A stretch of DNA of 64,000 nt, from NCBI GenBank assembly GCA_963705705.1, contig CAVPKK010000009.1, positions 1,740-65,739 of the forward strand. The letters run 5' to 3'. Made by a program: the position numbers and the translations under genes. The notes beneath the pieces were generated by a model. It was given only the letters and a program-made list of their open reading frames with translations. It did not search any database and was not told the origin of the DNA. Source of the DNA: an uncultured bacterium. Lineage in GTDB: Bacteria; Babelota; Babeliae; Babelales; JABCYS01. Shown one piece after another: positions 19,729 to 28,442 of this stretch; positions within the stretch are counted from its first letter, which is position 1, and each line of letters opens with the position of its first letter.

Positions 19729-19757
19729 TCCTTCGAGCGGCCTCAGGATGAGCGTGA
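19727..19757 (+). repeat. GC-rich interspersed repeat copy
   Basis: atccttcgagcggcctcaggatgagcgtg, directly after the stop of 19114..19728. Confidence 0.6.
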
Positions 19758-19975
19758 ACCTTTTGCGATCAATAATAATATGTTCGACTGTAAACCTATA
19801 CCTGTACCTTTGATGATAAAAATTTACTTTTCCGTTTCTTTTTTTAATACTTAGCGCACTCGCTACATTGAATTAGTACATAATCGCCGCAATTGGTGCT
19901 TCCATCCCACGCCAAAGCTAGTTACTTACAGAGTTGTTAAAAGTAGGTATCGGCCCGGCAGAAGGAGAGTATCTC

Positions 19976-21538
19976 ATGATCGACCCGCAAAAAGATTCGG
20001 TCACTTACCACGAAACCACTCCCATCCCAGGGAGCGGGCAGCCAGTTCTTAATGAAATCCAAAATATTCCCAAGCAAGAAAAATTACTGAAAAGTTTTTG
20101 GGGTGGCCTCAAAGATTTTACCAATGGCGAATCCTATGCAAACATTTTCGGCTATTTCTGGCCGGAACTGATCTCGGCCATGATGTTCACCGCCTTCCTG
20201 CCAATGATCGATTCCCTTTTCGTAGCAGGCCTTAAATCCACCACGGCGTATGCAACGCTAAGTGTGGTATCCAACTTTGTTCATTTTATGAAGAAACTCG
20301 CCGAGGGGCTGACCATTGGGGCGATTGTTCTCTGTGGGCAATATAATGGCATAGGCCGCTATGCAGTGGCTGGCCAGACCTTGCGTGACATCTTTTGGAT
20401 AACAGTGGCAGTGGGTGGCACATTTTCTGCGCTTTTTGTCGCTGGCGCTCCCTATATTTGTGCCTGGTACGGAATGCCTGATAGCATGCTTGCTCTGGGA
20501 GTACCATTATTGCGACTCAAGGCAATCGGCGCCTTTTTTATGTTTATTTCCGTTGCCCTTTCCAGCTTTTTGCGTGGTATAAAAAATCCGCGGCCGCTTA
20601 TGATGATATTTATGGTCAGCGGTTCCTGCTTTGTATTTTTTGATTATGTATTGCTATATGGCAAATGGGGCTTTCCTTGCTTGGGTGTGTACGCTTCAGC
20701 GGCGGGCGATGCCATTCAATACGGCATCATGTCGTGTATTACTATGTGCTACATTTTGTTTCATCGAGACAATGAAAAGTTTCATATTTCACTCAAGCCA
20801 CAACTGCCGGATTGGCATACCATTAAACTAGTTTTTAAGCTCAGCTGGCCCCCGATTTTGGATAAAGCTTCATTTGCAGCTTCTTACATTTGGCTTGGCT
20901 CCATGGTCACCTCTATGGGCGAGAATGTCATTGCCAGCTTTGGGGTGATCAAGGATCTTGAAAGGTTCGCCTTTTTACCGGCAATTGCGTTTGCCAGCGT
21001 TATTACTTTCCTGGTCAGCAACTCGTATAGTCGTCGCGACTGGCAAGGCATTAAAAGCAATATAAAAAAGATTCTATTCCTGGCGATTATTGTGGTCATG
21101 GGCATTTTAATGAGCTGTTGCCTATTCTCGCAGCAGATTTTGCCTTGGTTTGATCATAATCATGAGTTTACTGCTTTTGCTGCACGCGCATTACCATATG
21201 TGAGTGTATTGGCTTTCTTCGATGTTGGGCAAATCATTTTGTCGGGTGCCTTGCGCGGTTCCACCAACGTGCGCACGGTCATGATAACTCGTATCTCAGT
21301 ATTCTTTGGTTTCGTATTCCCCGTAACTTATTTCATTTCAACCTCTTCAGCCGTTCAGGGCATGATGAAATTCTTTTTAATCTACAGCACCTTCTACTTC
21401 GGCCACCTCATCATGATTGGCGTATATATTTGGCGGTTCAGGGGCGAGGCTTGGAAAGGTGCAATTTTAGAAACAAGCTCATCTGAGCAGCTGGCACGAA
21501 AAACTACGATGCCAACTGAAAAGCAACCCCAAATCTAA
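19976..21538 (+). CDS. MATE-family efflux transporter
   Basis: About 12 predicted TM helices with a two-fold internal repeat and a MATE-like N-terminal region 'FWPELISAMMFTAFLPMIDSLFVAGL'. The start was moved to ATG 19976 behind GGAGAG. Confidence 0.6.
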   Translation: MIDPQKDSVTYHETTPIPGSGQPVLNEIQNIPKQEKLLKSFWGGLKDFTNGESYANIFGYFWPELISAMMFTAFLPMIDSLFVAGLKSTTAYATLSVVSNFVHFMKKLAEGLTIGAIVLCGQYNGIGRYAVAGQTLRDIFWITVAVGGTFSALFVAGAPYICAWYGMPDSMLALGVPLLRLKAIGAFFMFISVALSSFLRGIKNPRPLMMIFMVSGSCFVFFDYVLLYGKWGFPCLGVYASAAGDAIQYGIMSCITMCYILFHRDNEKFHISLKPQLPDWHTIKLVFKLSWPPILDKASFAASYIWLGSMVTSMGENVIASFGVIKDLERFAFLPAIAFASVITFLVSNSYSRRDWQGIKSNIKKILFLAIIVVMGILMSCCLFSQQILPWFDHNHEFTAFAARALPYVSVLAFFDVGQIILSGALRGSTNVRTVMITRISVFFGFVFPVTYFISTSSAVQGMMKFFLIYSTFYFGHLIMIGVYIWRFRGEAWKGAILETSSSEQLARKTTMPTEKQPQI

Positions 21539-21875
21539 GATTATTGCTGATCCTTTATATTCTATTTAGCCAGCCGAAGTATCGGCTTTCTTGGTTGGTG
21601 CAACTCTAATATCAATCTTCAATTTTAAGGGACCAGTAAGGCTACCGCTTTCTCATGAGGAAGCTCAACAGCTTGTACTACTTATGGAAACGTTGGGATC
21701 ATGTGGTATTGCGGGAATATAAGAAGATCGCATCCTGCTCGATATGATTAATGATTTGGATTGGAAACTGGTTCACATGATTTGGATAAGATTAAGCGTG
21801 CGGCAAAAAGGTAGGAGGTAACGGCAGCACACTAAGATGTTTTAACTGTGAAATTAACATGTATGGCAAGCGCAC

Positions 21876-21915
21876 AAAAAGAGATGCCCGCTCTTTCGAA
21901 CGGGCATCTCTTTTT
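21876..21915. terminator. bidirectional rho-independent terminator
   Basis: Perfect 10-bp stem gagatgcccg/cgggcatctc (21881-21890 and 21901-21910) flanked by A5 and T5. It lies between the convergent MATE gene and 21936..22784. Confidence 0.85.
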
Positions 21916-21935
21916 ATCCAAACTAATTTAAAGTT

Positions 21936-22784
21936 TTAGCAAGGGAAGTTTGGACCGCAACATGCTACTGGTTCTCCACCAATGATTGATAGCATACAGA
22001 TGATTTGCTTCAATAGGGTATTGTTCTCGTTAACAACATTAAAGACGAGGTCAACATCGCCATCGATATCGCCAAGTTGGCAAGTTACTTCTCTAAGCAC
22101 TGTGAATGTGCCGTTGAACTCTTCAACCAATTCAACCTTAATATCTCTTAGAGCTGTGAACACGCCTGATAGATCACATGCTGAACCTTCACAAGGACAA
22201 GCTAATAGATTCGCAAGCAGAGTGAATGTACCATTGAAACCAGCATCGATATCTGCATCAATGTCGATTACACGGCTTATAATGAAATCAAGATCAGATT
22301 CAATTTCTTCAAGTACTGTGAATGTACCGTTGAAACCAGCAACTAACTCAACTTTAATATCTACAAGGGCAGTAAATACACCTGAAAGATCGCAACCTGC
22401 AGCTTCGCAAGGGCAAGCTAATAGATTAGCAAGTAGAGTGAATGTACCATTGAAACCAGCATCGATATCTTCATCAAGATCGAGTACGCGGCTTATGATG
22501 AAATCAACGTCTTCATCGATTTCGTTCACTACGGTTAGGATTTCGCTAAGTACCGTGAATGTACCATTGAAATCAGCGATGAGTTCGCTGCAGCATTCCA
22601 TGCCTGGGCGGATACAGCTAGCTCTGTCATCTACGTCAGCCCGAACAACCGGCGCTGGCATAGACTTAGCTACTGTTCTACCCATAGGGGCAGCTGATTT
22701 GGTTAGTAGCGGGGCAGGAACAACCATGCCGAGGGCTACTAAAAATGATAGTTTGTGTAGGCTCGAATGAAGGTTTGACTTCAT
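21936..22784 (-). CDS. secreted Cys-containing 'FNGTF'-repeat protein (small paralog of 35717..40213)
   Basis: Signal peptide, five 'FNGTFT(V/L)L' units, and a twice-repeated block '...DIDAGFNGTFTLLANLLACPCE..CDLSGVFTAL.DIKVELV..FNGTFTVL'. It shares 'CDLSGVFT.LVDIK.ELV' with the giant protein. Confidence 0.7.
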   Translation of the reverse strand: MKSNLHSSLHKLSFLVALGMVVPAPLLTKSAAPMGRTVAKSMPAPVVRADVDDRASCIRPGMECCSELIADFNGTFTVLSEILTVVNEIDEDVDFIISRVLDLDEDIDAGFNGTFTLLANLLACPCEAAGCDLSGVFTALVDIKVELVAGFNGTFTVLEEIESDLDFIISRVIDIDADIDAGFNGTFTLLANLLACPCEGSACDLSGVFTALRDIKVELVEEFNGTFTVLREVTCQLGDIDGDVDLVFNVVNENNTLLKQIICMLSIIGGEPVACCGPNFPC

Positions 22785-23201
22785 GACCTCTCCTTATGAT
22801 ATGAATGGTTAATAAAACAACAACAACTCAGCAATAATTTCTGAAAAACTTTTGGATGTCAAGAATTTTTTTGAGTTCAGGATCACTCCAAAAACCGCAA
22901 TACGAGAGAAATCGCAGCAGATAAACAAAAAATCATTTTTGTTTTTAAACCCAATTATAATTCCCTGACATTTCATAGTTTCTAACACACCCTACATGCG
23001 AATCGTATTCAATCCCGATACCTATATGCAATAATTTTTAAACAATATAAGACTATTGTGCGCTCCAACAGCAAAATCAAATACAACCATCGCTTTAGTT
23101 CCGCTATTCGTTTCAATTAGTCAGTAGTTTTAGACGGTCACCCTTATGCCTAATCACAAATTTTCGCTAGAATATTCAGAGTTGCTAAAACCGAGGTACG
23201 C

Positions 23202-23906
23202 ATGATCCCTACAACAAAAGCCACAATATTATTCCTTACATTCTCTTTTTTCTCTGCACTCGCAGTTCCATTCACGCCCACTGATAAAGAGACATGGAGC
23301 GAGCATGAACGTGAGCTCAGCTCAATTATCCAGGATCAGCATTTAGAGCCTACCAATCGACTCCTCAACAAGGCACTTGCCTATGCCAAGGAGGCGATGG
23401 CCAATGATGGTTTGGCGCCGGAAATCCGCCGCTTTGCCTTTGATTTAAGTATCATCGCCACCAATGCAACTGCATATAAAAAATATAGAGATACAATTAA
23501 AGCATTCGAACAATTTCCCGAGCTAACTCTCCCGGCAGTAGCTTCCTTGCAGCAAAAAATATTCCGCGGTGATGTGATCATGATCGCCCGCGCCATTATC
23601 TGCAAAATGCTCAATGTGCCCTTATCCCTCGAGCGCCTAACCGGCCCCGGCCTGTGGGTAATTGAGCAAGAAAATAACATGTTTAAGGATCATCATTTTG
23701 CACAACGCCAGCCGATCATCGATGCGCTTACCGATACCGAATGCGCCGAGATTATTAAACTTGCCAGCCAAGCGCATGAACTTAATAAACGCGGCAACAT
23801 TCAAAACGCCATGGTTCAGCTCATGCAGATATTCAACCACCTCTTCAACATGCCACCAACTGCTATGGAAGTATCCAAGCAATATCGATCATTATCGCGG
23901 GTGTAG
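23202..23906 (+). CDS. secreted hypothetical protein, paralog of 27383..28117
   Basis: Signal peptide 'ILFLTFSFFSALA'. Shared blocks 'FAFDLSIIATNA'/'FAYDLSVLAKNK' and 'GPGLWVIEQE'/'GPGLWMIEFE'. Confidence 0.55.
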   Translation: MIPTTKATILFLTFSFFSALAVPFTPTDKETWSEHERELSSIIQDQHLEPTNRLLNKALAYAKEAMANDGLAPEIRRFAFDLSIIATNATAYKKYRDTIKAFEQFPELTLPAVASLQQKIFRGDVIMIARAIICKMLNVPLSLERLTGPGLWVIEQENNMFKDHHFAQRQPIIDALTDTECAEIIKLASQAHELNKRGNIQNAMVQLMQIFNHLFNMPPTAMEVSKQYRSLSRV

Positions 23907-23975
23907 GTTATTGCAACATTTAGCTGATAACAGTAATGTATTGGCCCATGTAGCAACTTGCAACGTGGAAGCTCA

Positions 23976-26573
23976 ATGCAAAACTCTTCAAAATTCGCAC
24001 GCATCAGAAAAAAATTAACTCCATTTTTCCTTGCCATTCTGATTGGCGTCCAAACACTTCTTTCCGCTATCGCTGCCCCCGCAGCCGCTATTTTTGGATT
24101 AGGCACAGCCATTGGCTTGGGTACCGTGGCCACGGTTGCCGCTCCGGTTGCACTCACCGTTGGCGTAGCCTACTTTTTTTATACGTTGCAAGGTTCAGGT
24201 TCCAAGACTTTTGCGACCCCCTATGCAGCAAGCAAAGCTGCCCCAACAAACCATACGGCTCAAGCCGCGGAAGCTGCACGAAATATTCATCAGTGGTTTG
24301 CCGGCGGCATGAATCCGGCCACGTCCCCGTTATCGCCAACCGAAAAATCAATCTTAGACAAAGTTTTAGATGCAAATGCTGGAAAAAAAGTAGATATTCA
24401 CTCAGCATTCCAAACTCAGATCAAAAAGGAAGTTAATGAGCGAATAAAAAATTTAAAAAGTGCCACGACTCGTAACTGCTTTCGTGACCAGCTTGAATTT
24501 CTTCAAACATTAATTGAAACCCTCGATTTGGCAGCAGCTCAGCCAGATAAAGCAATATTTACTGTATTCCATCATCTCGTTGGAGCCGATGGCAACTTTA
24601 TTCCCAATAAGAGCAAATGCCTTGATTCAATTCTTTATTTTGCATTGCAGTATTGCCCACTAAAGCCCGGCTTCTCTTTAGATGGTTTATTCCTAAATTC
24701 AGGTCTTTCGTATTCCAAAGATTGCGTTGATAATAAAAATACCAATTTAGGCGGGCAAAAGATTTTTGCTCCATGTGAACCCTGCATACAGAAATTGGCA
24801 GAGGCTATGCTGGTGCCTAGGGAGCAAATCGAACCGCTTGTCACTGACTTACGAAAAATTATCTATGCCCATACTGCTCAAGATCCTCGACAGCTGGAGC
24901 TTTCATCAAATGACCTTTTTCTCGCCAATCCATTTTGCACACACATTTTTGATATGTTCCTGCGAATGGGCTATTGCGGAAAAGACCCATTGCTCAAGCA
25001 AAAGGATCCCGATTTATCGCAAGTCCTCAAACGAGGGCAACAGCGAAAAGAAATTGATGTGCAATTAGGGCTTACTTCATCCCAATCCGCGGATCTGGCT
25101 ACATTAAATTATCGGCTCATATCAAAAGCAGGCGATCCAAAAGCGCAGGCCGATATATTACTTGCATATGTAAGCGGCTCAAAAGCAAAACCTGTAGACG
25201 GAATTGCGCCTCGCGAAATTTATTTTAATAAAGATGGCCGTTGTAAATTGGTTGAATTGGCTGCCATGGAAAACTTTTTACTTGAGGTATATCAAGGCAG
25301 ATCTAACAAACTAAACGCCCTTGCGTATTCATTTGCTAAAGATGCGTTAGTAAATGAAGAATTGTGCCAGCCTCTTATGACTGCAGCCCGCCAATTATCA
25401 AAATTCGCTTCTTCTGATTCAGTTCAGGACTTCCCAGAAACTGCCGCAGCCATTGGCAGCATCCAGGAATTTTCTCTGCCCGCTTCAGCCAACGATCAGC
25501 AAAAATCAATATATGAAGATACGGTGGCAATCATTAATGATATCGTCAATCTTTGTTGCATTAACCCGGGCACTGATTTACCACCAATTGGCGGTTCCAG
25601 CCCGATTGGAGAAACTGCGGATCCAAAAGGAACTTGCGGCTCCAGCAAGCTTGATCAACATCTAGCAAATTTGATCAAAAACCTTGCCTGCGGCCACGAT
25701 CTTAATAAAACTGGAAACATTGATTCGGCGTTAGACATTGTGAGAACCTGCGGCAAAGGATTAGGCGCCATCGAAGAGACGCCTAAATGGCGCTGCAATT
25801 GGAGCAAAGAACGAGGTAGCCGAATTGCCCCACCGAAGATAACCTGCAACGACGCCCAACAAATTGGGGAGCGGCTCAAGACCTCAGACCTGACTCTAGC
25901 CGCTATTGCTCGGGAGACGTTAGAACTAAAACCTGGCATCGGGCGCCTCAGTGAAAAATCATTTAATATTCCCGATCGACGGTATACGATCCCTGAAGCA
26001 GAAAAAATTATCGAGGATGCTAAGAATGTCTTTGGAAATAAAGGAATACCCGGTTTTGAAGAATTAATTCGAAACGCAGAGGCCCAACTCAAAAAAGCGA
26101 AAGAAGATATTGCCAAGGGTAATTCAGGGACGAACTTGGGTCATATTACCGAATTGGAAACGGCCCTATTCCTCAACACAAAAGGAATTAACATCGCGGC
26201 AATTAATTTGAAAATAAAAGAAGGCGGGAAATTGATAGCCGAATTTGACATGATTATTGAAATCGAAGGGAAATTATTTGCTGTAGAATGTAAATCTTTT
26301 GATTGGACGGTGCATTCCGAAGAAGGCTTACGAAAGGTCGTGACGCAAATTGAAAGACATATTAAAGCGATTAAGGATTATAAAGGTCTCTTAGACTCCA
26401 CTCTAAAATTGGCAGGCAGGACTCTCGGTTATCTTGTAATTACGCCAAATGCATTTCCCTCAGCTGAGCGGATTGCAACTCTTCCAACAAAAGAACAACT
26501 TTGGGCGATAATTTCTCATGCTAAAGAAAATTGTTATGAAATTTTGGGTCTTAGCAATTGGGGAGAAAAATAA
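23976..26573 (+). CDS. large membrane-anchored protein with a C-terminal PD-(D/E)xK nuclease-like domain (copy 2)
   Basis: A ~55-aa Gly/Ala/Val-rich hydrophobic region 'FFLAILIGVQTLLSAIAAPAAAIFGLGTAIGLGTVATVAAPVALTVGVAYFFY'. C-terminus 'GHITELETALFL...IAEFDMIIEIEGKLFAVECKSFDW'. I preferred the ATG at 23976; the longest ORF starts at 23958. Confidence 0.6.
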   Translation: MQNSSKFARIRKKLTPFFLAILIGVQTLLSAIAAPAAAIFGLGTAIGLGTVATVAAPVALTVGVAYFFYTLQGSGSKTFATPYAASKAAPTNHTAQAAEAARNIHQWFAGGMNPATSPLSPTEKSILDKVLDANAGKKVDIHSAFQTQIKKEVNERIKNLKSATTRNCFRDQLEFLQTLIETLDLAAAQPDKAIFTVFHHLVGADGNFIPNKSKCLDSILYFALQYCPLKPGFSLDGLFLNSGLSYSKDCVDNKNTNLGGQKIFAPCEPCIQKLAEAMLVPREQIEPLVTDLRKIIYAHTAQDPRQLELSSNDLFLANPFCTHIFDMFLRMGYCGKDPLLKQKDPDLSQVLKRGQQRKEIDVQLGLTSSQSADLATLNYRLISKAGDPKAQADILLAYVSGSKAKPVDGIAPREIYFNKDGRCKLVELAAMENFLLEVYQGRSNKLNALAYSFAKDALVNEELCQPLMTAARQLSKFASSDSVQDFPETAAAIGSIQEFSLPASANDQQKSIYEDTVAIINDIVNLCCINPGTDLPPIGGSSPIGETADPKGTCGSSKLDQHLANLIKNLACGHDLNKTGNIDSALDIVRTCGKGLGAIEETPKWRCNWSKERGSRIAPPKITCNDAQQIGERLKTSDLTLAAIARETLELKPGIGRLSEKSFNIPDRRYTIPEAEKIIEDAKNVFGNKGIPGFEELIRNAEAQLKKAKEDIAKGNSGTNLGHITELETALFLNTKGINIAAINLKIKEGGKLIAEFDMIIEIEGKLFAVECKSFDWTVHSEEGLRKVVTQIERHIKAIKDYKGLLDSTLKLAGRTLGYLVITPNAFPSAERIATLPTKEQLWAIISHAKENCYEILGLSNWGEK

Positions 26574-27350
26574 ATGGATTTTTATTATTTCTTTTTAACA
26601 GATTGCCGCTACACAGATAAAAATATCATTAAGATATTGGAACATGGCGCAAAATTAGGCTACTCATTTCGAATCCCTACTTATATTAGCGGTAATTCGG
26701 GTAACCCAGAATCTTTGGATATTGAAACGGCTACTAAATTTTTAATAAAAGAACACCCACTGTCGCGTTGGTATAGCGGGATTGAAGCCCACAAAAACAA
26801 TGGAAATACCTTAGAATTTGATGCTATCGATAAAAATGATTTTCTCCAAATAGATGGCGGCGGATATTTTGAGACCTACTCAGATATAGTTGGCTACATG
26901 CCGAATATGATTGAAATTCTACGACCCTTCAAAATTAACAACTTCCAAATGCAGGAAGAATATTTCATTGACACAAAAATTCCCACACCTGGATATCACG
27001 GCCCAATCATTTATTGCAATCGCTTTGGCATTTGGCCAGTATTAAAACAAAATATTTCTGCCGCCGGCTTTAAAATTTTAGATAAACCCCATGGCTCTGA
27101 GATTGATGTGGCTCTCTCCGATAAAGGAAAAGAGTACCGCTATGAATTAACGGCATTCCTACAAAAAGACGAAATCATTATCAAAGCCCAGATAAGCGGA
27201 TCTGATTTATGCTTAATGCCGTTCCCACCCTATGTTCAACATAAATATGAAAGCGGAGCTGATATTGATACCGCCTTTTATCTAGATTTTCTATTTAAAC
27301 TAGCCAAGGGGGCCGAGGCGCTTGATTTCATAGAAGCAAAGAATTTCTAA
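26574..27350 (+). CDS. hypothetical protein, coupled partner (immunity/antitoxin-like), paralog of 11365..12192
   Basis: Its ATG immediately follows the TAA of 23976..26573. Paralogy blocks are listed under 11365..12192. Confidence 0.55.
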   Translation: MDFYYFFLTDCRYTDKNIIKILEHGAKLGYSFRIPTYISGNSGNPESLDIETATKFLIKEHPLSRWYSGIEAHKNNGNTLEFDAIDKNDFLQIDGGGYFETYSDIVGYMPNMIEILRPFKINNFQMQEEYFIDTKIPTPGYHGPIIYCNRFGIWPVLKQNISAAGFKILDKPHGSEIDVALSDKGKEYRYELTAFLQKDEIIIKAQISGSDLCLMPFPPYVQHKYESGADIDTAFYLDFLFKLAKGAEALDFIEAKNF

Positions 27351-27382
27351 CAACAAACAACAACACAAACAAAGAGGCATCT

Positions 27383-28117
27383 ATGTTCAATACATCTACC
27401 ATCAAACTAATTTTTCTAATACTCGCATCAGTACAATTTAGTAATGCATCCAATCTCCCTGGAAATACGGATGCACAGACTCAGTATATTTTTGAATTAT
27501 GCTCGATTGTGGGAGATCAAATGCAAGATCAGAACAATCTATTGCTAGCAAAGGCAGCAGGTTACGCAGCTGAATCAACCAACGAAGAAAATCTTGATAT
27601 ATTTCTTTGCCACTTTGCATATGATCTGAGTGTGTTGGCAAAAAACAAAGAAGTTTGTAAACGGTATCCGAATACTGCAAAAGCATATGAGCAACTTACA
27701 ACACTTTCACGGCCTGCTACTGTATCAATTGTTCAGGGCATGCTTCAAAAAGATATCATAACATTGTTACGCGTGATTATTTGTGAAACTCTCACAATTC
27801 CTGTATCAGCAGATCGCATATTCGGTCCAGGCCTTTGGATGATTGAATTTGAAAAGTCTGTAAATATGCAAGAACATAGTTATAGAAATGAACCCATTAC
27901 TCTTCCCAAATTAACGGATAATGATTATGCAGGAATTATTAAGACTGCTAGCAAGGCATATGAGTTAAGCAAGTCTGGCGATGCCACAGCTGCAATGGCT
28001 GAATTAAAGGAACCATATATCAGATTATTCAATGCAGAGCCAAGCTCATTAAAGCTGGCCCACATCTTTGAGGAAGCAGGAAATCCTTCATATGTAATGC
28101 AGCCACGGGGCAAATAA
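27383..28117 (+). CDS. secreted hypothetical protein, paralog of 23202..23906
   Basis: Signal peptide 'IKLIFLILASVQFSNA'. It shares blocks with 23202..23906. Confidence 0.55.
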   Translation: MFNTSTIKLIFLILASVQFSNASNLPGNTDAQTQYIFELCSIVGDQMQDQNNLLLAKAAGYAAESTNEENLDIFLCHFAYDLSVLAKNKEVCKRYPNTAKAYEQLTTLSRPATVSIVQGMLQKDIITLLRVIICETLTIPVSADRIFGPGLWMIEFEKSVNMQEHSYRNEPITLPKLTDNDYAGIIKTASKAYELSKSGDATAAMAELKEPYIRLFNAEPSSLKLAHIFEEAGNPSYVMQPRGK

Positions 28118-28335
28118 TCGTTCTCCCCACTTTTCCTATGCTTCTAATCGAATGAGGAAAATTTTTCTGTATGGGCGTATATCTTGTTTTGAGCGATTTG
28201 AGTTGGATAAAAGGGAGATTGGTCATTTGAGTCCTGGCCCGACCGTCCCGTATGTATTTGCGCAGCAAAAACCAACGAAGTAAATCTGCATTCAAATGCA
28301 AGTGAACGCAGTACAGTTTAGACCCATAGGATCAA

Positions 28336-28370
28336 ATGTATCGAAGGGCGACAGGCTCAGGACGAGCGGT
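28336..28370 (+). repeat. GC-rich interspersed repeat copy
   Basis: atgtatcgaagggcgacaggctcaggacgagcgg, in an intergenic region. Confidence 0.65.
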
Positions 28371-28406
28371 TTTCATTTAAACCAAAATTTAGTTCTGCAA
28401 TTCAAT

Positions 28407-28438
28407 AAAAAGACCCGCCTTTTGAGCGGGTCTTTTTA
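28407..28438. terminator. bidirectional rho-independent terminator
   Basis: Stem agacccgc/gcgggtct with a 7-nt loop, flanked by A5 and T5. It lies between convergent 27383..28117 and 28443..30793. Confidence 0.8.
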
Positions 28439-28442
28439 TAAA

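Noticed and set aside
21655-21747. 30-aa ORF 'MRKLNSLYYLWKRWDHVVLREYKKIASCSI' in the spacer after the MATE gene
   Set aside because: It is too short, has no recognisable family and has no clear ribosome-binding site.
21982-22770. 262-aa plus-strand ORF overlapping 21936..22784
   Set aside because: It is an antisense shadow of the FNGTF-repeat gene with the same 'VNVPLK' artefact peptide. The minus-strand product has a signal peptide and a terminator.
25655-26116. 153-aa minus-strand ORF inside the copy-2 nuclease-like gene (also 10305..10799 inside the degenerate AAA gene)
   Set aside because: They are antisense to longer ORFs that have paralog support.
10177-28117. The accessory block might be a prophage, integrative element or classical anti-phage defence island
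   Set aside because: I saw no integrase, recombinase, transposase, tRNA attachment site, phage structural genes or flanking direct repeats. Most products carry export signals, which does not fit cytoplasmic defence systems. It remains possible but is unsupported.
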